Source of the DNA: Sandaracinaceae bacterium
Lineage (GTDB): Bacteria; Myxococcota_A; Polyangia; Polyangiales; Sandaracinaceae
Direction: 5' to 3'
Assembly: GCA_044220955.1 (NCBI GenBank)
Contig: JBGAQA010000020.1
Location: 25,284-89,283 of the forward strand
Length of the DNA stretch: 64,000 bases
The notes under the pieces were generated by a model. It had not been told where the DNA came from and did not search any database. It saw only the letters and a program-made list of their open reading frames with translations. How positions within the stretch are numbered: the stretch's first letter is position 1; each line of letters begins with the position of its first letter. Shown here one piece after another: positions 45,214 through 54,367 of this stretch. Position numbers and translations under genes: made by a program.

Positions 45214-47760
45214 GTGCTCGGTCGGTTCGCCGTCGCGTCGCTCGCCTTGGTCCTCGGGCTCGGGCCTTCGCACGCGCGCGCGCAGGTCGAGCGGACGCCG
45301 CCGCGCGTCGTCGAGGGCGCCGAGCCCGTGCTGCCGGATGGCGCCGCGCCGGACGCCGTCGTCTTCCTCCACGTCGTCGTCGAGATCGACGGATCGGCCG
45401 GTGAGGCGCACGCCGACGGCGAGCACGATCCCGTGCTCGAGCAGGCGGCGATCGAGGCCGTTCGCGGCTGGCGCTTCGAGCCGGCGACGCGCGACGGCGC
45501 GCCGGTCCGGGCCCGCGCGCGCCTGGCGGTGCGCTTTCGCCCGCCCGACGTCGCGGCGCCGCCGCCCGCGGTCGCGAGCGAGGTCGAGAGCGAGGTCGGA
45601 GTCGCGGGCGACGACGAGGTCGAGGGATCGACGCTGGACGAGGCCGGCGACGGGGAGGGCGACGACGACGCGCCCGAGTACTCGGCGACCGGAACGGTCG
45701 ATCCGATCGCCCACGCCGCAGCGCCGCGCACGGCGAGCGACTACGCGCTGCCCTCCGACCTGATCGGGGCCGCCCCGCACCGCGACGCGGGTGACCTCCT
45801 CGCGTCGGCGCCAGGCGTGTACGTGGCGCGTGGCGAGGGTGACGGCGTCGCGCACTCGATCTTCCTCCGCGGCTTCGACGCCGAGCACGGCCAGGATCTC
45901 GAGCTCACGATGGGCGGCGTCCCGCTCAACCAGCCTTCGCACCTGCACGGACAGGGCTACGCCGATCTCGGCTTCCTGATCCCGGAGGTCGTGCAGGCCA
46001 TCCGCGTGACCGAGGGTGTCTACGACCCGCACCAGGGCGACTTCGCCACGGCCGGCACGATCGCGTTCGATCTCGGCGTCGAGCGTCGCGGGCTCGTCTC
46101 GCGGACGAGCTACGGGTCGTTCGACACCTTCCGACAGCTCTTGCTCTGGGCACCGACGGGCGAGCGGCCGGGCACGTTCGGTGCCGTGACGTACAGGCGA
46201 ACCAGCGGGTTCGGCGTACACCGCGGCGGCGAGTCCGGCTCCACCCTCCTGCAGTACGAGACGGCCGTCTCCGGCGACGTGCGAGCGCGCGTCACCGCCG
46301 CGCTCCACGGTGCGCGCTACGGCCTCGCGGGGATCTTGCGGCAGGACGACGTCGACGCCGGGCGCGTCGACTTCTACGGCAGCTACCCCGACCCGAGCGC
46401 GGCGGCGCAGAGCTCGTTCGCGGTGCGCGCGCTGGTGGCCGGATCGCTCGACATCCTCGGCGCGCGCGGGTCGTTCGGCGAGATCGGCGCCTGGCTCGCG
46501 TACTCCGACTTCCGGCTCCAGGCGAACTACTCGGGGTACACGGAGATCTCGCGGATCGATCCGAGCTGGCGCGGTCGCGGCGATCTGATCGAGCAGCGCA
46601 ACGCGGTCGTGTCGGTCGGCCTGCGGGGTCGGTGGCGGAGCGAGCGCTGGGAGCCCTTCGACTGGGCGAGCGCGTTCTTCGAGATCGGCGCGACCGGGCG
46701 CCTCGATCTCACGTCGCAGCAGCAGAACCTGCTCGACGCGGTGAACAACCAGACGTGGGACCGGCGCGTGGACGCCGACATCCGCGGCGGCGACGTCGGC
46801 GGGTACGTGGACGTCGACCTGCACCTGACCGAGTACGTGCGCGTGCGCGGCGGGGCCCGCGCCGACGTGCTGCTCTTCGACGTCGACGACCGGCTGGGGA
46901 ACTTCTCGCCCGCCTTCCGCCCCGACACGTTCGTCGAGGGCTTCCGGCGCACCGCGCTCGGCACCGCCGCCGGCCCGCGCGTCACGCTCGAGATCACGCC
47001 AGTCCACGGGCTCGCGTTCTCTCTCTCGTACGGCGAGGGCTACCGCTCGCCCCAGGCGCGGACGCTCACCGACGGCGAGACCGCGCCCTTCGCGAAGGTG
47101 CGCTCGGGCGATCTCGGTATGCGCTTCTCGGCGGGCGAGCACCGCGAGCTCGAGCTGACCCTCGCCGGGTACGTCACCACGCTCTCGAGCGACGTCGCGT
47201 TCGACCCGCAGGAGGGTCGCCTCGAGCCGCTCGGGCCGAGCACTCGCCTCGGAGGCTCGCTCTACCTCGTCACCCGCCCGCTCTCGTGGCTGCTCGGCGC
47301 GCTCTCGCTGACCTACGTCCGCGCGACGCTCGACGGGCCGCCGAGCGCGACGGCGATGGACCCCGCGCCTCCGTACGTCTCGGGGCAGGCCCTTCCCTAC
47401 GTCCCGCCGATCGTGTTCCGCGCCGACGCGTCGGCGAACGAGCAGGTGGCGACGCTCGCCGATCTCCCGTTCCGGATCCGTGGCGGGGCCGGCTTCTCGA
47501 TGCTCGGGGCTCGCCCGCTGCCCTATGGTGACGTGTCACCGCCCTTCGCGCTGCTCGACGTGTCCGCCGGCGTGACCTGGGGCCCGGTCGATCTCTCGCT
47601 CGACGTCTTCAACCTGCTCGACCAGCGAGTTGCCGCCGTCGCGTACTCGTTCGCTTCGAACTGGAGCCCGACCGAGATCCCGTCGCGCGTCCCGGCGCGC
47701 TCCTTCGCGGCCGGCGCGCCCCTGACCGTCTTGGCCACGCTCGGCCTGAGGATCGACTGA
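45214..47760 (+). CDS. TonB-dependent receptor with N-terminal TonB-C-like domain
   Basis: AAIEAVRGWRFEPA TonB-C motif; plug FLRGFDAEHGQD...SHLHGQGYADL; barrel end VFNLLD...GAPLTV. Confidence 0.9.
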   Translation: MLGRFAVASLALVLGLGPSHARAQVERTPPRVVEGAEPVLPDGAAPDAVVFLHVVVEIDGSAGEAHADGEHDPVLEQAAIEAVRGWRFEPATRDGAPVRARARLAVRFRPPDVAAPPPAVASEVESEVGVAGDDEVEGSTLDEAGDGEGDDDAPEYSATGTVDPIAHAAAPRTASDYALPSDLIGAAPHRDAGDLLASAPGVYVARGEGDGVAHSIFLRGFDAEHGQDLELTMGGVPLNQPSHLHGQGYADLGFLIPEVVQAIRVTEGVYDPHQGDFATAGTIAFDLGVERRGLVSRTSYGSFDTFRQLLLWAPTGERPGTFGAVTYRRTSGFGVHRGGESGSTLLQYETAVSGDVRARVTAALHGARYGLAGILRQDDVDAGRVDFYGSYPDPSAAAQSSFAVRALVAGSLDILGARGSFGEIGAWLAYSDFRLQANYSGYTEISRIDPSWRGRGDLIEQRNAVVSVGLRGRWRSERWEPFDWASAFFEIGATGRLDLTSQQQNLLDAVNNQTWDRRVDADIRGGDVGGYVDVDLHLTEYVRVRGGARADVLLFDVDDRLGNFSPAFRPDTFVEGFRRTALGTAAGPRVTLEITPVHGLAFSLSYGEGYRSPQARTLTDGETAPFAKVRSGDLGMRFSAGEHRELELTLAGYVTTLSSDVAFDPQEGRLEPLGPSTRLGGSLYLVTRPLSWLLGALSLTYVRATLDGPPSATAMDPAPPYVSGQALPYVPPIVFRADASANEQVATLADLPFRIRGGAGFSMLGARPLPYGDVSPPFALLDVSAGVTWGPVDLSLDVFNLLDQRVAAVAYSFASNWSPTEIPSRVPARSFAAGAPLTVLATLGLRID

Positions 47761-48482
47761 TGCGCGCGTCCTGGCTCGCTCCCGCGCTCGCGCTCGCGGC
47801 CATCCTCGGGGCTGGCTGCGTCGATGCGGGGCGCACGCGCGTCTCGCTGCCCGTCCACGGCGCGGGCACCGGCGTGCGCACCTTCGAGGCGGGCGCATAC
47901 AGCGTGACGCTCGAGGAGGCGCGCATCGCCTGGGGCCCGGCGTACTTCTGCACCACGCCTTTCGCCGACGTCGACCTCTGCCCCACGGCGCTCGCGGAGG
48001 TGCGCAGCGCGGCGACGATCGACGTCCTCGACGACACGCCCCAGCTGATCGGCGAGCTCGAGGGCATCAGCGGCACCGTGCGCTCCACGATGTTCGACTA
48101 TGGAATCACCTGGCTCCTGCCGGCGCCCGCGCCGGCGCCGGATCCCGGCGCCGTCGATGGGACGCACTCGGCGCGCTTCGTCGGGTCGGCCGCGCGCGGC
48201 AGCACGATCACGCGCTTCGTGCTCGACGTCGACATGCGTCCGATCGCGTCGGGCGTCAGCGCCGCGCACGGCGTGCCGACGACGCACGTGCTCTCGGCCC
48301 GCCCGGACGCGCTCGTCGTGCGCTTCGATCCGGCTCGGCTCTTCGCCGGCGCCGACTTCGGCGACGTCGAGGGGCTCGGTGGGGATCCGGTCGTGGTGCC
48401 GGAGTCGAGCACGGTCTACCAGGCAGTCGTCATCGGGCTCGCCTCGAGCGCGCTGCCCGCGCTGGAGTGGCAGGCTCCCTGA
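47760..48482 (+). CDS. Lipoprotein in the TBDR operon
   Basis: GAGC lipobox, TGATG coupling, YFC...LC pair. Confidence 0.75.
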   Translation: MRASWLAPALALAAILGAGCVDAGRTRVSLPVHGAGTGVRTFEAGAYSVTLEEARIAWGPAYFCTTPFADVDLCPTALAEVRSAATIDVLDDTPQLIGELEGISGTVRSTMFDYGITWLLPAPAPAPDPGAVDGTHSARFVGSAARGSTITRFVLDVDMRPIASGVSAAHGVPTTHVLSARPDALVVRFDPARLFAGADFGDVEGLGGDPVVVPESSTVYQAVVIGLASSALPALEWQAP

Positions 48483-48503
48483 TCGACGCGGAGAACACCG
48501 AGC

Positions 48504-49400
48504 ATGAGCACGATGAAGGCGACCCTCGTGGCGGGCTCGGTGCTGGCGCTCCTCTCGTGTGGCGCGGGCGCGACGGGTGAGGTGCGGATCGGGCTGGAGG
48601 CCGAGGACACGATCACGCGCGGCCTCGCATCCGGTTCGGCCGAAGAGGACGTGATCGACGGATGGACCGTGACCTACACGCGCTTCGTCGTCACGCTCGG
48701 CGGCGTTCGTCTCGCGCGCTCGAACGCCGGCGAGGTGCGGACGAGCGACGCGCTCACCACCGTCGACCTGCGAGCGCTCCCCGCCTCCGGCTTCGAGCTC
48801 GCGTCGTTCGCCGGCGTCGCGGCCACGCGCTGGGACGTGTTCGGCTTCGAGACGCCGTCCACAAGCCTGGCCTCGACGCGCGACGCCAGCGTGTCCGCGG
48901 CGGACTTCGACCGGATGGTCGCGGGCGCCTGCACCTACTTGCTGGTGGGGACCCTCACCAGCGACCTGGGCCAGACGCTGGACTTCGACCTCTGCGTCCC
49001 TGCGGCGACGGAGTACGGCCCCTGCTCGACCCCCGACGGGATGTCCGGCGTCGCCGTCGCCGCGGCGGCCACGAGCGCTGCGCACGTGACCCTCCACGGC
49101 GATCACCTCTGGTTCAACGCGTTCCCGTCCGGCGCCGAGGCGATCGTCGAGCGCCGCGCGCAGTGGATGCTCGACTGCGACGCCGACGGCGACCGCCACG
49201 TCACCGAGGCCGAGCTGCAGGCGATGCCGGCCGCGTCGATCTTCACGACGCTGCGACACTACGACCTCGCGGGCGGTCCGACCGTGGACGGCCACGGCAT
49301 CCTCACCGCATGGGACTGGGTTCGCGCGCAGATGTCGACCCTCGGGCACTTCCAGGGCGAGGGTGAGTGCGCGTGGTCGCCGTCGCCGAGCGGCATCTGA
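48504..49400 (+). CDS. Lipoprotein in the TBDR operon, possible metal binder
   Basis: LLSC lipobox, TLHGDHLWF, DCDADGD loop, GHFQGEGEC. Confidence 0.75.
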   Translation: MSTMKATLVAGSVLALLSCGAGATGEVRIGLEAEDTITRGLASGSAEEDVIDGWTVTYTRFVVTLGGVRLARSNAGEVRTSDALTTVDLRALPASGFELASFAGVAATRWDVFGFETPSTSLASTRDASVSAADFDRMVAGACTYLLVGTLTSDLGQTLDFDLCVPAATEYGPCSTPDGMSGVAVAAAATSAAHVTLHGDHLWFNAFPSGAEAIVERRAQWMLDCDADGDRHVTEAELQAMPAASIFTTLRHYDLAGGPTVDGHGILTAWDWVRAQMSTLGHFQGEGECAWSPSPSGI

Positions 49401-49463
49401 CCGCCACCCCGGCCACGGCGATGCGCCGGGCACGCGTCCGCACCGCGCGACCGGACGTCTCGC

Positions 49464-51482
49464 TCAGGGGCTGACGACGAAGGGCGCGGTGGTCACGCTC
49501 ATCGCGCCGCCGGTCGCGGGCACGTGCACGCGGAAGCGGTACGTGCCCGAGAGCACCACGGACGCGCCGGCGCGGCTGCGCACCGGGTAGTGGATCGTCC
49601 ACGAGAACGTGCGCATCGGGGCGCGCTCGGTCTCGGTGTAGGTCGGCGTGGTCGCGAGGTCGGTCCACGCCTCGGTGGACGTCGTCGCGATCGCGTCGCC
49701 GTTCGGTCGCACCACGGGGCTGAACGTGCCTGTGCCGTCGTCGCGCTCGAGCGTGGCGACCGGCGTACCGAGCCAGGGGTCGCTGCCCTGGACGGTGAAC
49801 GTCACGACCTCGGTCTGGCCGTACGTCGCGGCCACGTTCGAGGCGATCGTGCCCACGCCGAGCGCGACCTCGGGGACGTAGGGCGTGAACGTGTAGCCGC
49901 TGAACGGGGGCACCGCCGCGGGCTCGCGCCACGTCGGCGGCTCGTTCCACTCGCCGTGGAACGTGTCGAACACCTCGGCGAGACGTCCCGCGAGGTAGTC
50001 ACCCTGCCGGGGCCCCCAGAGCGCGCCGCTCGCCTCGTAGCCGCCCTGCCAGAAGTCGGCCTCCCCGGTGCTGTAGCCCGAGTAGTCGTTCGCGTAGCCG
50101 ATGAACATCGCGTCCGTCGCCCCGCTCGTCGTGCGTACGTGGTCGAGCACGCCGTTCGCGAGCGCCGTCGTCCACTCGCCGGGCGCCGCGACGAACCAGA
50201 GGTCGCCGACACGTCCCGCGCTCATCATGGTCTGGTGCGGCAGGCCGTCGCTCGCCATGACGCGGACGCAGCCGCGGATGAGGTTCATGTTGGGCATGAT
50301 CGAGGTGCACTGGCCCATCGAGCCGAGGCCACAGAACACGCCGCCGTTCGGGTACGGGAAGAAGTTGTCCTCGTAGCCGATCCAGTCGCGATCGAGCCCC
50401 ACGCGCGCCATGCGCGTGCGCACCTCGGCGTCGGCCGAGAACGTCAGCCCCGCGAGCGCCGGCACGATCGCGTCCGCGACCACGTCGCCGAGCTCCTGCA
50501 TGCGCTCGAAGCCGTCGGGCTGGATGGCGCCGACGGCGCTCGGATCGATCGTCACGTCGCCGGGCGCCATGTCCGCGCCCCACGAGTTCAGGAAGAGCGT
50601 CGTCACGGGGTGATCGAAGCGCTCCTCGATTCGCTCTTCGACGACGTGGCCCATGTCGCCCGAGAGCGTGTGCTCCTCGATGCCGAGCACCGTACCGTGG
50701 TAGGCGTAGCTCGCGATCAGCGCGTCGAGACGGCCGGCCCGTCGCACGGCGATCAGCGGCAGATCGCCGAGCTCCTGCAGCTGCGGCAGCGGATCGTTCT
50801 CGCATCGACGATCGTTGTGCGCGTCGGACGTGTGCACGACGAGGGTCGCGAGCTCGGCGGGCGCGGCGTCGCCGATCGCCGCCTCGACGACGTCGGCGAG
50901 CGTGTCGACGATCGCGTCGTAGACCTCCGGCAGGAAATTGTCGCCGAGCTGGGTGAGCGCGCCCGTCGCCATCAAGAGACGACCGGGTCCCGAGTGCGTG
51001 TGGTTGCCGGCGAGCACGAGCGCGTCGTCGAGGCGGCGGCCGATGCGGTTCTCGAGCTCGTCGAGCACCGCCTCGCGCAGCTGCTGGAACACGCCGACCG
51101 TGTCGAGCCGCACCACGATCAGCTCGTGCGCCGGCCCGCGGGAGAGCGCGACCGCGCGGAACGTCAGCGAGCCGTGTTGCCGCGTCGTGCCGGGAAAGAT
51201 CTCCGCGAAGGGCGAGGGGCTCGGGGCGGCGCCGATCGAGCCGAAGCCCATCGTTCCGATGCCGACCGGTACCGGGATGTTGGCCTCGGCGATGCCTGCG
51301 ACGAGCGGGCCCGGTGCCGGGATCGTCTCGTGCGTGCGCGGAGGCAGCGTGTCGGGCCCGACGTCGGGCCCGCCGTCGTAGCTCGCTGCGTCCACCGGGG
51401 CCGCGTCGTCCATCGGCGCTGGCGAAGGGGTGCAGCCGAGGGCGAGCGCGGCCAGGCAGAACCAGACGTGAACTCGATGCAT
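49464..51482 (-). CDS. Neutral/alkaline ceramidase-family lipoprotein
   Basis: ALGC lipobox, GNHTHSGP, YAYHGT, LSGD, PGEWTT, IGYANDYSGY, GGYE. Confidence 0.85.
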   Translation of the reverse strand: MHRVHVWFCLAALALGCTPSPAPMDDAAPVDAASYDGGPDVGPDTLPPRTHETIPAPGPLVAGIAEANIPVPVGIGTMGFGSIGAAPSPSPFAEIFPGTTRQHGSLTFRAVALSRGPAHELIVVRLDTVGVFQQLREAVLDELENRIGRRLDDALVLAGNHTHSGPGRLLMATGALTQLGDNFLPEVYDAIVDTLADVVEAAIGDAAPAELATLVVHTSDAHNDRRCENDPLPQLQELGDLPLIAVRRAGRLDALIASYAYHGTVLGIEEHTLSGDMGHVVEERIEERFDHPVTTLFLNSWGADMAPGDVTIDPSAVGAIQPDGFERMQELGDVVADAIVPALAGLTFSADAEVRTRMARVGLDRDWIGYEDNFFPYPNGGVFCGLGSMGQCTSIMPNMNLIRGCVRVMASDGLPHQTMMSAGRVGDLWFVAAPGEWTTALANGVLDHVRTTSGATDAMFIGYANDYSGYSTGEADFWQGGYEASGALWGPRQGDYLAGRLAEVFDTFHGEWNEPPTWREPAAVPPFSGYTFTPYVPEVALGVGTIASNVAATYGQTEVVTFTVQGSDPWLGTPVATLERDDGTGTFSPVVRPNGDAIATTSTEAWTDLATTPTYTETERAPMRTFSWTIHYPVRSRAGASVVLSGTYRFRVHVPATGGAMSVTTAPFVVSP

Positions 51483-51730
51483 CGGGCGAGCGTATCCGAC
51501 TCGGTTCCCCGGGAGAACGCGCGCGGACCGCGCCACCCGTCGGCGTTGACGCGGTCGGCTCGCTTCCCCCACGATCGCCGGAGCCTGCGCGCAGGCCTCG
51601 GCGGCGCACGACGCGCGCGCCCGCGTGACCGTGCGGAAAGTCGCCGACGCGGCCTCGCACGGCCTTTCGTGTTCGCATCGGCGGCGCCGCGCGCGTAGCG
51701 TGCGTGCGGAGGTCCGGTCGGTCCATGTCC

Positions 51731-54277
51731 ATGCGATCGATTCTCTTGCTGATGACGGCGTCGGCGTGCACGTCGCCCCCCTCGATGCCGGACGCGACCA
51801 CCGACGCGGGCCTGGACGCGGGCCCCGTCGACTGCGACGCCGATCCGCTCTTGCCCGGCTGCGTGCCGACCGAGCGCCCGAGCTTTGCCGGGCTGAGCGC
51901 GCCGGTCGAGATCGTGCGCGACGTCGACGGCGTGCCGCACGTGTACGGCGCGAACACGCGAGACGTGATGTACGGCGACGGGTACGCACAGGCCCTCGAC
52001 CGCCTGTTCGAGATGGACCTCTCGCGGCGTCGCGCGCTCGGACGCCGCGCGGAGGTGCTGGGCATGGCGTTCGTCGACGGTGACCGCCTCACGCGCGTCG
52101 TGGACATCCCTCGGTGGGGTCGCACGAACGAGGCCGCGCTGTTCCGCGACGACCCCGAGCTCTGGGCGCTGCTGCAGGCGTGGGTCGAGGGCGTCAACGC
52201 GCGGATCGACGAGGTGCTCTCGGGGAGCGCGCCCATGCCCGCCGAGTTCACGACGCTGCGCTTCGAGCCCGAGCGCTGGACGCCGGCCGATGCGCTCGCC
52301 TTCGGCAAGCTCGTGCTCTTCGGCAACGCCAATCAGATCGAGTACACGATCCTCGCCCAGATCCTGCACCAGTACTTCCCCGACGTGGAGACGAACCTCG
52401 GGCTGCTGCTGCCGTTCCGTGACTCGTACGTGCTGCCGCCGGAGGAGCGACCCGCGGCGGGGGCGATGCCCTTCGCCTCGCACGCCGCGAGCCCCCTGGC
52501 GCTCCCGGCGGACGCGGACGAGCGCATCGCCCGCTGGCAGCGGACGATGTCGGCGTTTCGACCGGGCGCGAGCAACAACTGGGCGGTCGACGGCCCGCAC
52601 ACCGACTCCGGGCGGCCGCTGATCGCGGGCGATCCGCACCAGCCGCTGCAGTCACCCTCGCTCTTCTGGATGCACCACCTCGCCGCGGCCGACGGGTCGC
52701 TCGACGTGGTCGGCTGGAGCTTCGTCGGCGGTCCGACCGTGGCCCTCGGTCACAACCGCCACGTCGCCTGGACCGCGACCACGACCTACCCGGACATGAT
52801 GGACGTGTGGGACGTCAGCGTGCGCGCGGGGATGGTGTCGGTCGGAGGGGTCGAGGTCGCCGTGCGGCCGCGCATGGAGCGCATCGAGGTCGCGGGCGGC
52901 GCACCGGTGGATCTGGTGGTGCAGGAGGTCCCGGGATACGGCGTCCTCTTGCCCGACGGGCTCGCTCCGCTCCCGATCGGGCGCCCGGGGCGGGAGCTGC
53001 TCTTCCGCTGGACCGGCTTCGGCGTCACGCACGAGCTCGAGGGCTTCATGGCGGTCGATCGCGCGCGCTCGCGCGCCGAGTTCGAGGCGGCCGTCGATCG
53101 GATCGAGCTGGCGGCCTTCAACTTCGTGAGCGCCGACCAGGAGGGCATCAGCTACCGAGCGCCGCCGCGGGTACCCGACCGCGGAACGCCCACCGACGCG
53201 CGCGCCCCCTATCTCGTCCTCGACGGCGACGACCCGAGCACGTACTGGGACGGGACCTTCCTCGGGAGCGCCTTGCTCCCCCGGAGCCACGGCGGCGCCC
53301 GCGGATGGCTCGGCTCGGCGAACAACGATCCCTACGGGTTCGTCTCCGACGGGCGCATCGAGGGGGATCCGTTCTACTACGGGGTCTTCTTCGACCCCGG
53401 CGTGCGCAGCGCCCGCATCGAGGGCGAGCTGGACCGCCTCGTGACGCGCGGGAGCGTGAGCCTCGCCGACATGGAGGCGCTCCAGGACGACACGTACACG
53501 CTCTACGCCGACGACTTCGTCCCGCTGCTCGACGACGCCTGGGCGTCGCGCGGCACGGACCCGCTGCTCGCGACGTTCCGGGACCGCGCCGACCTCGACG
53601 CGCTCGTCTCGCGGCTGCACGCGTGGGATCGGAGGATGGAGCGCACCTCGAGCGAGGCCGTCGTCTTCCACGCGTTCATGTTCTTCCTCGCCGAGCGGGT
53701 GCTCCGGGACGACCTCTCGGTGCTCTTCCAGCCGATCCTGGAGGCGGAGTCGGCGTACGTCCTCAAGTGGCTCTCGCTCGTCATGCGCGGAGCCGCGCCG
53801 CATCCCGAGGCCGCGCTCGGCGCGGACACGCGCGAGGTCGCGCTCGCAGAGGCGCTGGATCGGACCGCGCGCTGGCTGACAGAGCGCTTCCCGAGCGGCT
53901 CGTACGTCTGGGCCGACCTGCACGGCACGCTCTTCACCAGCCTCTACGGCGACCGCCTCGCCGCGCCCTGGGTCCCCACCGACGGCAGCTGCGGCACGCT
54001 CAACCGGGCCGACACGGTGTTCTTCGCCTCGACCGACACGCCGCACGAGCGCCTGGACGCGTCGGACGGGTCCATCTACCGCATGGTGGCCTCGTTCGGC
54101 GCCGATGGAACGCCGCAGGCCTTCTTCACGATGGGACAGGGCGTGAGCGGCGAGCCGACGAGCCCGCACTGGGACGATCTGCGTGACGACTGGATCGAGA
54201 CGCGTCATCGCCCGCTGCGCTACCTCCGGGCGGACGTGGAGGCGGGCCCCGTCGAGCGCATCATGCTCACGCCGTGA
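51731..54277 (+). CDS. Penicillin/AHL acylase family (Ntn hydrolase) lipoprotein
   Basis: RDVDGVPHVYG, GYAQALDRLFEM, autoprocessing site GASNNW, GDPH, SANN, GVSG...SPHW.D. Confidence 0.93.
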   Translation: MRSILLLMTASACTSPPSMPDATTDAGLDAGPVDCDADPLLPGCVPTERPSFAGLSAPVEIVRDVDGVPHVYGANTRDVMYGDGYAQALDRLFEMDLSRRRALGRRAEVLGMAFVDGDRLTRVVDIPRWGRTNEAALFRDDPELWALLQAWVEGVNARIDEVLSGSAPMPAEFTTLRFEPERWTPADALAFGKLVLFGNANQIEYTILAQILHQYFPDVETNLGLLLPFRDSYVLPPEERPAAGAMPFASHAASPLALPADADERIARWQRTMSAFRPGASNNWAVDGPHTDSGRPLIAGDPHQPLQSPSLFWMHHLAAADGSLDVVGWSFVGGPTVALGHNRHVAWTATTTYPDMMDVWDVSVRAGMVSVGGVEVAVRPRMERIEVAGGAPVDLVVQEVPGYGVLLPDGLAPLPIGRPGRELLFRWTGFGVTHELEGFMAVDRARSRAEFEAAVDRIELAAFNFVSADQEGISYRAPPRVPDRGTPTDARAPYLVLDGDDPSTYWDGTFLGSALLPRSHGGARGWLGSANNDPYGFVSDGRIEGDPFYYGVFFDPGVRSARIEGELDRLVTRGSVSLADMEALQDDTYTLYADDFVPLLDDAWASRGTDPLLATFRDRADLDALVSRLHAWDRRMERTSSEAVVFHAFMFFLAERVLRDDLSVLFQPILEAESAYVLKWLSLVMRGAAPHPEAALGADTREVALAEALDRTARWLTERFPSGSYVWADLHGTLFTSLYGDRLAAPWVPTDGSCGTLNRADTVFFASTDTPHERLDASDGSIYRMVASFGADGTPQAFFTMGQGVSGEPTSPHWDDLRDDWIETRHRPLRYLRADVEAGPVERIMLTP

Positions 54278-54367
54278 CCGAGGCGAAGGTGGCGACGGAC
54301 CGGCCGCCCCCACGACCATCGGTCGGTCTCGACCGCTCGGGCGACGCGGCGCCCGACGCGCTCTCGC

